Assembly (NCBI GenBank): GCA_963796455.1
Contig: CAWCLO010000004.1
Location: 480,001-544,000, forward strand
Origin: Candidatus Sulfomarinibacteraceae bacterium
GTDB taxonomy: Bacteria; Acidobacteriota; Thermoanaerobaculia; Thermoanaerobaculales; Sulfomarinibacteraceae
Direction: 5' to 3'
DNA length: 64,000 nucleotides
Below are positions 39,960 to 50,876 of the stretch, piece by piece. The notes under the pieces are model-generated. The model ran no database searches, was not told the origin of the DNA, and saw only the letters and a program-made list of their open reading frames with translations. How positions within the stretch are numbered: the first letter of the stretch is position 1; every line of letters starts with the position of its first letter. The translations under genes were made by a program, and so were the position numbers.

Positions 39960-41750
39960 CTATCGCGCCTTCATCTGCTCGATCATTTCCGCCGCATGGA
40001 TATTGCGGGGATTCAGCGCAAGTGATTTCTCGTAGTTGGCGATGGCGAGTTCGGTTTCACCGGCTTCCATGTACGCCTCACCGAGGCTGTCCCAGGTGTT
40101 GAAGGAGTCTGGAAAGAGTCGGGTGTTGAGTAGGAACACGGCGATCGCCTCGTCGGTTCGGCCGGACTCGGTGAGCAGCCCGTATCCCATCTGGTTGAGC
40201 CTTCCCTCCTCGAGATCGTCGCGGCCCCGATAGGCGGCGATAGCCTCCTCGGTGCGCCCTGCCAGGAGGAGTTCCGGCGCCAGGACCTCGTCATCGGTCA
40301 AACGTGTCCATTCCATATCGGCGTCGCCGGATACGACTTTTTGGATGCGGCCGTTCGCTCCTCGGGCGAAGGTGAAGGGACCTGTGAAGCGATTCTGGTA
40401 GCGGAATGTGTCCGGGGCCACGGGATAAACGGTCAGAATGCCCGGGCTCAGGAGTTCTCGATGCACCAGGTGGCCGTCACCGGCGGTCAGGATCACGACC
40501 CGGTCGGCGCCGGCGCGGTAGCGGCCGGCATATTCACCGAGCTCATCGGCGCTGATCTCGATCGACCGGATTTCATCCGGCAAGAAACCCGCCCAACCGT
40601 AGACCTTGGCGATGGCATTGATCACCTCTTCTATCACGACCTCGCCTCGGGCCGCGTTGGTCATGACAGCGGCGCCATAACCGTCATCGCGGTGGAACAT
40701 CAGCTCGCAGCGGAAACCGTAGTTGCCACCCCCGTGCATGAAATATTGTTCATCCCGCCCCTGAAATCGAAAAAGACCCAGCGCCGCATCGCCCTGCACC
40801 GGAGTCAGCATCTGCTCGGCGGTCTCCCGGTTGATCAAAGAATCGTCGTCGCCGCGCACGGCGCGCTGGATCTCGATTGCGAATCGAGCCAGATCTGTGG
40901 GGGTTGTCCACAGACCTGCTGCGGCCATTTCCGGGTAGATGTGGCTGTTTCCGCCGTTTTTCTCATTGCCGACGTGAGCCTTGGCGGCATTCCGGGCACG
41001 CGAGGATGCAAGGGGCTGTTCGAAGGCGCTCTCCGACATCCCGAATGGACCGAGGACCATTTCGTGCATCAGTTCGGGAAAGGACTTCCCAAGGACGTCG
41101 ATCAACATCTGCTGCACGATGGTGGTGCCGCCACCGGAGTATCGAACTCTCTCCCCGGGTGGGATATCGACACGAATGGCCGGCGTGTTGGCCGGTGATT
41201 CACCATCGAGAACCTGCTGAAGCGACGGAAGCGAAGCATCAGGTTCGTAGCCCGGAAAACCGTGAACGGTGGTCCCTCCGGTGTGGCTGAGCAGCATGCG
41301 CAACGTAACAGGTGTAGCCGTGGTGAGCTCGTTCTCGGGAAGCGTCCACGACCTCAGGTATTGATTGATCGGGGTATCGAGATCCAGGTCTCCGGATTCC
41401 ACCAATCGATGCACCGCCATCGCAGTCACCGGTTTGCTGATCGATGCGGCCTGGAAGACGGTCTCCGTGTCGGCCCCTTGACCCGTCGAGCGGTCGGAAA
41501 TGCCGTATGCCTTTGCCCAGATCACCTCGAAATCCTGGATGACCGCAATGCTGACCGCCGCGACCTCGAGCGATGCCATGCGTTCTTCGAGCGGAGTACC
41601 AGCCCGCCCGGCCACCGGTGCGCCATCGAAGAGACCCTGCTCGACCTGACCGATGAGTTCGGCATCAGTCGGAGGCGGTGTTTCGGAAGCGCACGACACC
41701 AGCACCAAAACACAGAAAAAGACCACCAAAGAACTTCTGCCTTGTTGCAT
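39960..41750 (-). CDS. Beta-lactamase-family serine hydrolase lipoprotein with C-terminal TPR
   Basis: Lipobox LVSC; FQAASISK (SxxK), LLSHTGG, YSGGG, HGGGNYG; TPR NTWDSLGEAYM..AIANYEKSLALNP. Confidence 0.92.
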   Translation of the reverse strand: MQQGRSSLVVFFCVLVLVSCASETPPPTDAELIGQVEQGLFDGAPVAGRAGTPLEERMASLEVAAVSIAVIQDFEVIWAKAYGISDRSTGQGADTETVFQAASISKPVTAMAVHRLVESGDLDLDTPINQYLRSWTLPENELTTATPVTLRMLLSHTGGTTVHGFPGYEPDASLPSLQQVLDGESPANTPAIRVDIPPGERVRYSGGGTTIVQQMLIDVLGKSFPELMHEMVLGPFGMSESAFEQPLASSRARNAAKAHVGNEKNGGNSHIYPEMAAAGLWTTPTDLARFAIEIQRAVRGDDDSLINRETAEQMLTPVQGDAALGLFRFQGRDEQYFMHGGGNYGFRCELMFHRDDGYGAAVMTNAARGEVVIEEVINAIAKVYGWAGFLPDEIRSIEISADELGEYAGRYRAGADRVVILTAGDGHLVHRELLSPGILTVYPVAPDTFRYQNRFTGPFTFARGANGRIQKVVSGDADMEWTRLTDDEVLAPELLLAGRTEEAIAAYRGRDDLEEGRLNQMGYGLLTESGRTDEAIAVFLLNTRLFPDSFNTWDSLGEAYMEAGETELAIANYEKSLALNPRNIHAAEMIEQMKAR

Positions 41751-41945
41751 CGACCCCCCTGCGTCACATCGGATCTCGGGCTTGCTCTGACTGATCATAC
41801 GCGCAACTGGATGCGGCGCTTCACATCCCTTCGTCAGGCGCCCTCCGAGGCATGAGATGGCCGGCTCCACAACCGACTCATCGGTGAGGTATCCTCTGAA
41901 CACGATCGAGCACAACTCAAGCCGGAAAATTCGGGAGGACGCGCG

Positions 41946-43178
41946 ATGGCTGTGGATCACAAGCCCGTGAATCGAAGACGGTTTCTCATGTATCTGGCGA
42001 GCAGTCCGTTCCTCGCCCCGGCGCTGGCGGCCCAGGTTGACGAGCCCTTTGCCACCTTCCTCGATCGATCGGGTGGGGGAGGCCTGATCGATGACCCGGC
42101 GCATGCGCTGGATATCTTCGATCTTCAGGCCGCCGCAAAGGCAGCCCTTCCCCCGGCCCACTATGGCTACCTCGCCACCGGTGTGGATGGCGACGCCACC
42201 CTGCGGGCGAACCAGGAGGCGTTCGCGGGCCTCCAGCTCAGGCCGAAACGCCTCGTCGATGTCAGCACCATCGATATGAGCCGGACGCTCTTCGGTGAAC
42301 GCTGGGAGACGCCGATCGTCGTGGCTCCAGCCGGAAGCCAGAATGCGTTCCACGAGGACGGAGAGATTGCGACTGCGAAGGGTGCCAGGAGTCGAAAGCA
42401 CCTGCAAATCCTGTCGAGCGTGACCACGCGTTCGATCGAGGACGTCACCGCGGCGCGCGACGCGCCGGTTTGGTATCAGCTCTATCCGACTTCGAACTGG
42501 GAAATCACCAAGAAACTTTTGCGGCGTGCGGAGGCGGCGGGTTCACCCGTGGTGGTCCTCACAGTCGATCTGCACGTGGGAAGCAACCGTCTCACCGAGC
42601 AACGCCTGCGCCGGCTGGACACCCGGGACTGCAGCCAGTGTCATGGCAACGAAGCGACAAGTTTCTTTGATCGTAAACCGATGTACGACGGCACCGGGAT
42701 TACCGGTTTCGGCGAATTCGCCACACCGGGGTTGACCTGGGATTTTGTCAGAAGGGTCAAGGATTTCACGTCGATGAAGCTGGTCGTCAAGGGAATCGTC
42801 ACCGCAGAGGACGCACAGCGCTGTCTCGAGCACGGCGCCGATGGAGTCATCGTCTCGAACCACGGCGGCCGGGCCGAGGAAAGCGGCCGCGCGACAATCG
42901 AAAGCCTGCCGGAGGTTTTGGCGGCTATCGGAGGGCGGGTGCCGGTCCTGATGGATAGCGGCATCCGCAGGGGCACCGACATTTACAAGGCCCTCGCTCT
43001 AGGCGCCGACGCGATCTGTGTCGGCCGGCCATATCTCTGGGGGCTTTCTGCCTTCGGTCAATCGGGGGTTGAACGGGCCCTTGATCTACTCCGTGCCGAA
43101 CTGACGATGGTGATGGCCCAGATGGGAACGCCTGACCTTGGCGCGATCAGTCCGTCATCCGTGTTGTCAGAGGTCTAG
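41946..43178 (+). CDS. FMN-dependent alpha-hydroxy acid oxidase/dehydrogenase with Tat signal
   Basis: NRRRFL Tat motif; WYQLY, LTVD, VVKGI, VSNHGGR, DSGIRRGTD, VGRPYLWGL; extra CSQCH in the variable loop. Confidence 0.92.
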   Translation: MAVDHKPVNRRRFLMYLASSPFLAPALAAQVDEPFATFLDRSGGGGLIDDPAHALDIFDLQAAAKAALPPAHYGYLATGVDGDATLRANQEAFAGLQLRPKRLVDVSTIDMSRTLFGERWETPIVVAPAGSQNAFHEDGEIATAKGARSRKHLQILSSVTTRSIEDVTAARDAPVWYQLYPTSNWEITKKLLRRAEAAGSPVVVLTVDLHVGSNRLTEQRLRRLDTRDCSQCHGNEATSFFDRKPMYDGTGITGFGEFATPGLTWDFVRRVKDFTSMKLVVKGIVTAEDAQRCLEHGADGVIVSNHGGRAEESGRATIESLPEVLAAIGGRVPVLMDSGIRRGTDIYKALALGADAICVGRPYLWGLSAFGQSGVERALDLLRAELTMVMAQMGTPDLGAISPSSVLSEV

Positions 43179-43205
43179 CTGCTCTCCTCGATGGGAAGAT
43201 CCAGT

Positions 43206-44609
43206 TCACCACACAAAAGGCATCTGGAAAATACAAAAATATCCAAAAACAAAAAACGCAACGGTTAGACTTGCCCCGAAGATCCAGTGTGGTTTGAGGA
43301 TCATTTTTGCATCTTTCGATAACATTTTCGGCATCACAATGTACAAACCGGAAAAGACCCACAATGCCTGAAATGGTGTAAGAATCAATCCTTCGAGAAT
43401 AGCCGCGATCTTTACCAAAAAGACAGGTTTCAAACCGAAAGAAAAAACAATAATCATACTTGTTAAGAAAAAGAACCCGAGGAAAAAACGAAATTGCGTT
43501 TTCCACTCGAATCTTTCGTTGAATTGTGGGATACAGATTCGGAAAGAATCCGCCAACAAACGCGGCCACCCCGCGAGTTGTCCTATCTGAGTGGCGATGA
43601 GCGCGCAGGCCCCCGCGATCATGAAAAGCATTCCCCCGAAGGCCCCCCATTGAGAGGAGAATACCGTCGCCAGGGTCGTGGCGACCTCGGGTCCCTCGGG
43701 TGCCAGGTGTTTCGGTCGCAATACTCCGGAACCGGCAAACAAGAACCCAACAGTCGTGACCACCCCGATGATCATTGCGAGGCTCGCGTCGGTATAGACC
43801 ACGTGGCACCAGCCTTTGATCTTTTTTGCCGTGGCAAGGGACATTGTTCTGAGCATCTTTTCATCTGCCGGCTTTCCGTAGCCGCGTCCGGCTGTGGCGC
43901 CATATCCCGCACCAATCACCCAATAGGTGTACCAGACCTGGCTCGCAAATCCTCCGGCAGCCCAGCCTAACAAAGGCAGGATTTCGCGCCACGGGTTGGC
44001 CTGAATACCCTCGCTCTTCAAGGCCCAATCAGGAACTGCGGGAACATCGAATAAAAAGCCTTTGAGAATGGTCCCTATGCCGGGAAAAACAGTGATTGAT
44101 ACATAGAGTACACCGACCACGACAATGACGATGAAAAAGCTCATGATCAATTTGAGAAAATTGAATACGTTAAACCAGACAACAACGAGAGCAAAGATGG
44201 TCACAAACCACCCCGAAATCAGCGGCGAAATGCCGATAAGACTGTGGACAAAAATACCGGCTGCCGCAGCGATTGATCCGATGGATATTGTTGCCGCGGC
44301 GGACTGGGCCACCAGGGTTATCCAGACACCCCAGTTTTTCGGTCCGGGCACGCGAGAGATCATATCGATCATGCCCTCACCGGTGCAGACGGTGTAGCGC
44401 GCTCCGGCCATCCCGATCCAGAATTTGAGCACGATGCCGACAACGATGGCCCACAGAACCGTCGGACCAAGGATGGCGCCCACCCGTGTCGAGAGGATGA
44501 CTTCGCCCGAACCGATAAATTCCGCCGCCCAGACGATCGACGGTCCGACGACCGCCAGGATGGCCAATCCCCGGGGCGGAGTCTTTATTGAATGCCCGTC
44601 TTCCATCAA
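43206..44609 (-). CDS. Nramp-like (divalent metal transporter family) membrane protein
   Basis: GPSIVWAAEFIGSGE, RYTVCTGE; about 11 TM segments. Confidence 0.8.
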   Translation of the reverse strand: MMEDGHSIKTPPRGLAILAVVGPSIVWAAEFIGSGEVILSTRVGAILGPTVLWAIVVGIVLKFWIGMAGARYTVCTGEGMIDMISRVPGPKNWGVWITLVAQSAAATISIGSIAAAAGIFVHSLIGISPLISGWFVTIFALVVVWFNVFNFLKLIMSFFIVIVVVGVLYVSITVFPGIGTILKGFLFDVPAVPDWALKSEGIQANPWREILPLLGWAAGGFASQVWYTYWVIGAGYGATAGRGYGKPADEKMLRTMSLATAKKIKGWCHVVYTDASLAMIIGVVTTVGFLFAGSGVLRPKHLAPEGPEVATTLATVFSSQWGAFGGMLFMIAGACALIATQIGQLAGWPRLLADSFRICIPQFNERFEWKTQFRFFLGFFFLTSMIIVFSFGLKPVFLVKIAAILEGLILTPFQALWVFSGLYIVMPKMLSKDAKMILKPHWIFGASLTVAFFVFGYFCIFQMPFVW

Positions 44610-44707
44610 CGTCTTCTCAGCATCGATGTGGTTTGGTTTTTCATGATGTTTGGCAATCTGTTCCTTCGAGCCGGCTTCGTGGCGCAGATGAGTCTCCTCG
44701 AATTGTT

Positions 44708-47357
44708 CTATCGAGCAAATGTGTTGACGATCAGGGTCAGTGGAGCGGTCTCGTAGTCACCGACGCTCCGATTGACGAGAAAAGTCTGGCCGTCGTTCGT
44801 ATCAATGGGTTGCCGGGAAGTGCCCGATTTGAGATCTGCGCTGAAGAGCGTTTCGGGCGAGCCGATCTGAACCGGGGCGGTGTTGCTCCCGGCTCGAATC
44901 GGGACAGCCATCACCACGGTTTCGTCGGTGATGAAAAAAGCTCGCGTCCGTCGCGCCTCCAGACCGGGCCTGAACCGCCGTTCGTCGACACCCGCCATCG
45001 ATTCACCGGATCGGGGAAAGTTTGGACATAGACTTCGAAACGGCCCGTTTCGTTGGATTGAAAGGCGATCAGCTTTTCGTCCGGGGAAATGACCCCGTGC
45101 TGTTCGATGAAGGGCGTGGTGAGGAGAGGTGTCAAGGTCTCATCCTGGACAGAAAAGACACCCAAATCTCCATTTCCTCCCATCGTCGCCTCTGAATATT
45201 CGATGACGATCAGCCCGTTTTGCGACCAGGACCAGGGACCGCTGATCTTTGACTCGTCCCCGAATAACAATCGCTCATCGTCGCCACCACGCACTGAGCG
45301 AATGTGGGCGGCGCCGCCAACGATATCGCGGGTCGAATAAAAGGCGATCTGCCGTCCGTCTGGTGACCAGATGGGAATGCTTTCGTCCTGAGCGGCGGAT
45401 GTCAGACGGGTACCCGGAGCCACGCTCGATATCGTAGATCCAGATGTCGCCGCGGTTGGTGACGTCGCTCTGGTCGACGGCAACCATTGTGCCGTCCGGC
45501 GACAGCTGGGGGTTATAGAAATTACCGGAGTCACTGATCACGTCGAGATCGTGTCCCTCGCGATCGACGAGCACGAGCTCTTCACCGGCGAGGATGGTGC
45601 CGGTGCGGAATACGAGGGTGCCGTTTGCCGCGACCGAGAACATCCCGAGCCCGATGCGCGGATCGAAAAGCACATCGGGATGGAGCAGCCGAGACTCACC
45701 TTCGAGTTGGAAAGTCTCGAGGTCGAAGGCCTGCGCCCGCAGATGGCCGTCTTGCCACCACAGCAGATCACCCGAGGGCGCAAAAACGCCGGCGGAATTG
45801 GAGGCGAGAACCGATACGTCCGTCCGGCCGTCCAGGCTGCCGACTCGAAGCTCGTGTTTTTCCGCTGTCGAACCGTATATTCGCTTCAGGTACAAAAAGT
45901 GGTTCCCGTCCGGCAGAAAGGAAGGGAAAAGGTATTCGAGATCGCCTTCGCCGGACAAGATGGTGTCGCCGGATCCGCCGGTCGCCGGGATCTTCGTCAA
46001 ACCGCTCCTACTGGTGAAGGCGATGATTCCCTCGATGGCTCCAGGCGCCGCTTGCCCTCCCCGGTGCCTCGGCGAGAGTTTCGACAACGCCATTGTCGAG
46101 AGAGAGTTTTTTCAACTCGGTGTCGGCAAAGAAACCGATCGATCCGCCGTCGGGCGACCAGAAGGGGAGCCTTCCGCTCTGGGTGCCCGCAAGAGGTGTT
46201 GAAGAACCGTCCTCCAGGGAGCGCAGCCAGAGATGCTCGGAACTCTTCTCCATTCCTCGCACCGAAAACAATCTTCGAGCCGTCGGGGGAAATGGCGAAT
46301 CCGGTGCTGACCAGAAACCCGCCCGAGGCTGGAGCAGGGATGCTCGCCACGAGCCGTTGACGGGGTGCTTCGCGGATTTGACGAACCGATCCATCCCCAG
46401 ATCGCCGCGATGAGGGCGAGGCCGGCAACGGCCCACGGAAGGACCCGTCGAGCAGATGTCCGGTTGTGAGGCCGGAGTGAAGTCCTCGAAATCCGGCCCG
46501 TCGTCAGGTTCTTCGTTCAATTCGAGCCGGGCGTCGGCCATATCGTGCAACCGGTTCCGCGGGTCCTTCTGGAGACAGCGCCGGAGAAGTCGTCGAACCG
46601 AGGATGTCGTCGAGTCCGGGAGGGCATTCATATCGGGCTCTTCTTTGAGCACCGAGGCGAGGGTGTCGGAAACGGTGTCGCCTTCGAAGAGCCGCCGGCC
46701 GGTCAGCATCTGCCACAGGACGACCCCGAAAGCCCAGATGTCGGCCCGCTTGTCGACCGCCTGGCCGCGCGCTTGTTCGGGTGACATATAGGCTGCGGTG
46801 CCCAGAATCACTCCTTCGATGGTGGCGTGGCGGGTCATGGTCGGCGACAGCGAGAGGCTCTCCTCGTTGTCGTCGGTTTGCCAGGCCTTGGCCAACCCGA
46901 AGTCGAGCACCTTGACCGCACCATCCGGCCGAATCCGGATGTTCGCCGGTTTGAGGTCCCGGTGGACGATGCCCTGCGCGTGCGCCGCCTCGAGTGCGTC
47001 GGTGAGTTGCAGCGAGATGGCGACGGCGTCGTCGTACGGGACCGGCCCGCCCTCGATCACCTCGTCCAGGCCCCTGCCTTCCACCAATTCCATCACCAGG
47101 ACGTGCTGGCCGCCAAGCTGTTCCAACCCGTACAGGGTCGCGACGTTTGGGTGGTTCAATGCGGCCAGCAGCCGCGCCTCGCGTTCGAAACGGGAGAGGC
47201 GTTCGGGGTCACCCTCGACCTCCTCGGGGAGCACTTTGAGCGCCACCTCACGTCCGAGGGATGTGTCCTCGGCGCGCCACACCTCGCCCATACCGCCCTT
47301 ACCGAGCGGCGCACTGACGTGATACGCCCCGATGATCTCGCCGATTTTTAATGACAT
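44708..47357 (-). CDS. Ser/Thr kinase-TM-PD40 propeller protein interrupted by about six frameshifts (errors or pseudogene)
   Basis: Intact kinase domain 47357-~46480; propeller segments are distributed over ORFs 45997-46428, 46008-47357, 45275-46093, 44911-45534 and 44708-44998. Confidence 0.8.
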
Positions 47358-47462
47358 GGAGTGGTCCTCGGGCGAGATTTTATCTCAATTAACTTGAGAA
47401 TGGTAATTATCTGGAGAAGTGAGAGTGGTTCAAACCGGAACGAATGGGTGTCGATTGTCCGG

Positions 47463-48383
47463 TCAGCGGTTCAGCCACATCACCATCGAGCGGGTGACGT
47501 ACTCGGCGGCATCGTGCTGTACGAAGTGGCCGGCGTCCGGGATCGCAATCAGGGTCAGATTGTTGTCGATCCATTCCCAGGTGTCGTTCCAGCCGGCAGG
47601 GAGGAGCGCCTTGTCCTCGAGACCAAAGATGGCCAGCACGGGACAGCTGATCGTACGGAGCGGCGCCGGACCGGTCTTCGTGGGGGAGGATGCATCCGTG
47701 GATTTCGGATAGTTGGCTTTGTAGTAGTTGAGCATCGCCTCGAAGTCGGAACGCTCGAAGGCTTCGATATAGATCTCCCGTGTCGCGTCATCGTCCACCC
47801 AACCGGCAAGGCCTGCAGCCGTCAGATCGAGATGAGCGCCCTCCTTCTGAAAATCCCGTGCGTAGCTGCTGTTGCTCTGTTGTTCTTCGTTGTTTGCGAT
47901 TTCGCGGAACAGGCCGTTCGGGTGGGGTGTCGAAAGAATGATCAGACTCTCCACGAGATCGGGTCGCCAGATTCCGACCTGCCAGGCGATCGCTCCGCCC
48001 CAGTCGTGGCCCACGACAACCGCCTTTTTCTGTGGGAAGTGTCCGATGACCGCGGCGATGTCGCCGATGAGGGTCCGCATGAGGTAGTTCTCGACTCCCG
48101 CTGGTTTGTCGCTCTTGTTGTAACCGCGGAGATCGATCGCGACGACCTGGTGATTTTCAGCCAGGGCCTTCATCTGATGACGCCAGGTGTACCAGAAGTC
48201 GGGAAAGCCGTGGATCAGGACAACCAGCGGTCCTTCGCCGGTGGTGGCGTAGTGGATTTTGACACCGTCGTGGTCTACGAATCCGTGTTCGACATCCAGC
48301 GAAGAGCCGCCGGCAGCGACGGCTGTTGATGCCAGAATGAAGCTGACAGCTACGAACGCGAAACGATCAATAATAACCCTCAC
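47463..48383 (-). CDS. Exported alpha/beta hydrolase, epoxide-hydrolase-like
   Basis: Signal peptide; HGFPDFWYTWR, GHDWGG, LNYYKAN, AGHFVQ. Confidence 0.9.
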   Translation of the reverse strand: MRVIIDRFAFVAVSFILASTAVAAGGSSLDVEHGFVDHDGVKIHYATTGEGPLVVLIHGFPDFWYTWRHQMKALAENHQVVAIDLRGYNKSDKPAGVENYLMRTLIGDIAAVIGHFPQKKAVVVGHDWGGAIAWQVGIWRPDLVESLIILSTPHPNGLFREIANNEEQQSNSSYARDFQKEGAHLDLTAAGLAGWVDDDATREIYIEAFERSDFEAMLNYYKANYPKSTDASSPTKTGPAPLRTISCPVLAIFGLEDKALLPAGWNDTWEWIDNNLTLIAIPDAGHFVQHDAAEYVTRSMVMWLNR

Positions 48384-48427
48384 GAAATTTCTCCAGACGA
48401 TCTCGGTCCGTCAGAACTCAATTCTAG

Positions 48428-49046
48428 TCATTTCCTTCGCGTGCAATTCATGGTCGCGACTGCAAACCAGTTCGTGCCTCCGTCGGTCGTCCACTCCTGC
48501 TGCCAGTTGAAGGTGGTCTCGGTGATGTCGGAAAACGTGATTCGGACCAGGCGACCCTGTGCATTTTGGCCGGTCATCGTGACGGTGCCGTTTTCATCAG
48601 TCGCGGTGAAGGTGGCGAGTTTGCGGTTCGTGCGGTCGATCCAGGCCATGTGCCACAGTGCTTCTTCAGGGTGGTAAATGCGGATGTTGGTGCCCTCGAA
48701 CCGTTGAATCGGCTCCTCGCCGGGCCCGGCGTCCGTCAAGCTGATCCAGTCATCCTGAATCGCCGAGCCATCGAGAATCAGGTACCAGCGCCAGAGCGCC
48801 CGGGTCGGTTCATCCGGCCATGAGCCGTCTCGATTCCGTCTGACAATCGACGCATCCCATTCACCGACCAGTTTGCTGAATTCGCGGGTTTCCGGCAGTG
48901 CAGTGGATTGCTCCATCCCTTCTACCAATGGCTCGTCTGTGGTTGCAAGCCCTCGCTCGTCACCTTCACTGGTTTGTGAAGCCGCCGATAGCCAGCGGAA
49001 ATAACAGGGTGATCAATAGGAATGCCGCGGCAATGTGTCGATTCAT
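48428..49046 (-). CDS. Hypothetical exported protein (DUF1579-like beta-barrel); frameshift ~48988 separates the signal peptide
   Basis: FSKLVGEWD...ILDGSAIQD...FSDITETTFNWQQEWTTDGGTNW; upstream ATG 49046 encodes MNRHIAAAFLLITLLFPLA in an adjacent frame. Confidence 0.65.
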
Positions 49047-49216
49047 CAATGACCTCTATTCTGATTGTGGTGAGCTGGACTCTGTTCTTACGGTCTCAGC
49101 AATCCGATGTTTCGTTGTCTCGATGCGCCGGCCGCCGCAACCACGCGTCATGTGCAGCAGGTTGCGAGCATCGCCGACCGAACGCACGAATCGATGACCT
49201 CGCCGTACGACGGCTG

Positions 49217-49945
49217 TTACTCGGGCATCCGGAAGCGTGCGTCATCGAGATCGGGATCGAGCTCGATATCTTCGATGACGATTCTGATGGTCTCGGGCCG
49301 GTTCTCGATGTGGCTCTCGATTACGTGCGGGAAAACGAGCCCGTCCACCGCCCGGAAGTCCGAGAAGATGTCCACCAGTATCACGTCGCGACCGCGCATC
49401 CTTCGCGGGATGTCGGAGCGGACGATCTGGCGCGACGTGACATCAATGTAATCGTGGCGGACCGAACCGTTCTCGAGCGATACCTTGATCTTGAAGGCTT
49501 CGCCGCTCGCAAGCGACTCACGGCCCAGGAGCTCGACCACGTGTTCTTTCTCCCGCCAGTCGACGAGATGGCCTTCAATATCGCGCTCTTCGATGCCCAT
49601 CAGCGAATCGGTCTCGGGTGTCACCACTCGGGGCTCGAACTGACCCTCCAGAGGATCGACCTCCCAGCTGGTTTCGCCATCGTGCGCAAAGACGCTCTTG
49701 GCGCCCTGGGAGGAGAATTCCAGGCGGAAAAATCCGGGACGTTTGATTTCGTAGGTCACTCGAGCCACCCTGCCGCCGCTCGCGGTCGCGATCCCGGTTG
49801 CCCGGAACGACCGGAGCGCCTGGATCCGTTCCTGGCCGCCGCGGGCAGCGATATTCGAGTCGACGATTTCGTCAACCGGAGACGGTGACGAGCACGCCGC
49901 GAAGAGTGCGACGAGCAACGGGAGCGCTTTCAGGTACTTATTCAT
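49217..49945 (-). CDS. Lipoprotein, LolA-like/outer-membrane lipoprotein-sorting family
   Basis: Lipobox FAAC; IAARGG, KRPGFFRLE, FSDFRAVDGLVFPH, LDDARFRMP. Confidence 0.7.
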   Translation of the reverse strand: MNKYLKALPLLVALFAACSSPSPVDEIVDSNIAARGGQERIQALRSFRATGIATASGGRVARVTYEIKRPGFFRLEFSSQGAKSVFAHDGETSWEVDPLEGQFEPRVVTPETDSLMGIEERDIEGHLVDWREKEHVVELLGRESLASGEAFKIKVSLENGSVRHDYIDVTSRQIVRSDIPRRMRGRDVILVDIFSDFRAVDGLVFPHVIESHIENRPETIRIVIEDIELDPDLDDARFRMPE

Positions 49946-50637
49946 GGGTTGCTCCCATCTGCCGGCCATACAGTGATCCCCGGCCGCGGCCAGTACCCTG
50001 GCCCGGATCCCCAGCCCCAGGAGACCGAATTGCGGTTCCGAGATGCCTCGCGTTCGGCTTCCGCCCGCTGCTTGTCGGCCTTCTGTTCGGCTTCGATCTC
50101 CTGGATCTTCGCTTCATTCGCCTGACGCTCCGCGGTTTCGCGGGTCTGCCGCTCGGCGAGAATCGACTGTCGTTCGGCCGGCGTCATCCACTGGCCCTCG
50201 AATTCGACATAGCCCTGTGCACGATAGCTCTCCTCTTCAGAGACCCATTTCCCGTTGACTTGGACTCGGCCGAGGGCGCGGTTTGCTTCGGGATCGTCGG
50301 GCAGGATCGCGACCACCTGAGCGTAGGCCTTCAGTGCCTGGCTCGAAAGTGCCCGGTTCGTGGCCCAAAGAGCCAACTCCCGCCACGCTTCCGCATCGCC
50401 TTCCGGAATGCTCGCGGCGCGCTCCCGATATTCCTGGAGTGGCGAGACGCTCTGTTCAATACGGACAACGCTCGACATCCGCGCCGACATCGTGCCTCCG
50501 CCACCTACATCGACGGTCACTGAATCGTCCGTTTGCTCGATGATCACGCCGGTGATCTGACCGCCCCCACGTAAGAAGACGTCATCCGCAAAGGCGGGAG
50601 AGGCTACCAGTGCGATGACCACGATTGCTCGCTTCAC
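49942..50637 (-). CDS. Hypothetical exported protein with TPR-like and coiled-coil segments
   Basis: GTG start with GGAAGGA RBS; AFA|DDVFLRGG; PDDPEANRALGRVQVNGKWV; stop overlaps the next start. Confidence 0.7.
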   Translation of the reverse strand: MKRAIVVIALVASPAFADDVFLRGGGQITGVIIEQTDDSVTVDVGGGGTMSARMSSVVRIEQSVSPLQEYRERAASIPEGDAEAWRELALWATNRALSSQALKAYAQVVAILPDDPEANRALGRVQVNGKWVSEEESYRAQGYVEFEGQWMTPAERQSILAERQTRETAERQANEAKIQEIEAEQKADKQRAEAEREASRNRNSVSWGWGSGPGYWPRPGITVWPADGSNP

Positions 50638-50876
50638 TCCTTCCTCCCTCTCACCGGCCATCGCCTACGGCCGCTGCTGACACTGCATCAAGGACCTTTG
50701 TTTCGGTTGCCATGACGGGAGTGTAGCACCGCTGCGATTCGGGAAGGTGAGTGCCAAATTCAAGGTCTTGATGGCCTTTATGCCGGTTGTTTTTGCATCC
50801 AGGGTGTCGACCTGCTGGTGATGTTTCGTCTTCGGCACGGACCGCCGGGTATACTCCGTTTCACTGGGGGTGGGCC

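Noticed and set aside
39960..41750. Antibiotic-resistance beta-lactamases (also 50877-52367 and the MBL-fold gene)
   Set aside because: Fold-level similarity only; extra TPR or C-terminal domains and the HGG motif fit peptidases/esterases.
39960..42407. N-terminal extensions of ORF-track calls (also 3354-5012, 4786-5814, 19154-20746, 35624-37951)
   Set aside because: The extensions overlap neighbouring genes or precede clear signal peptides and RBSs, so downstream starts were used.
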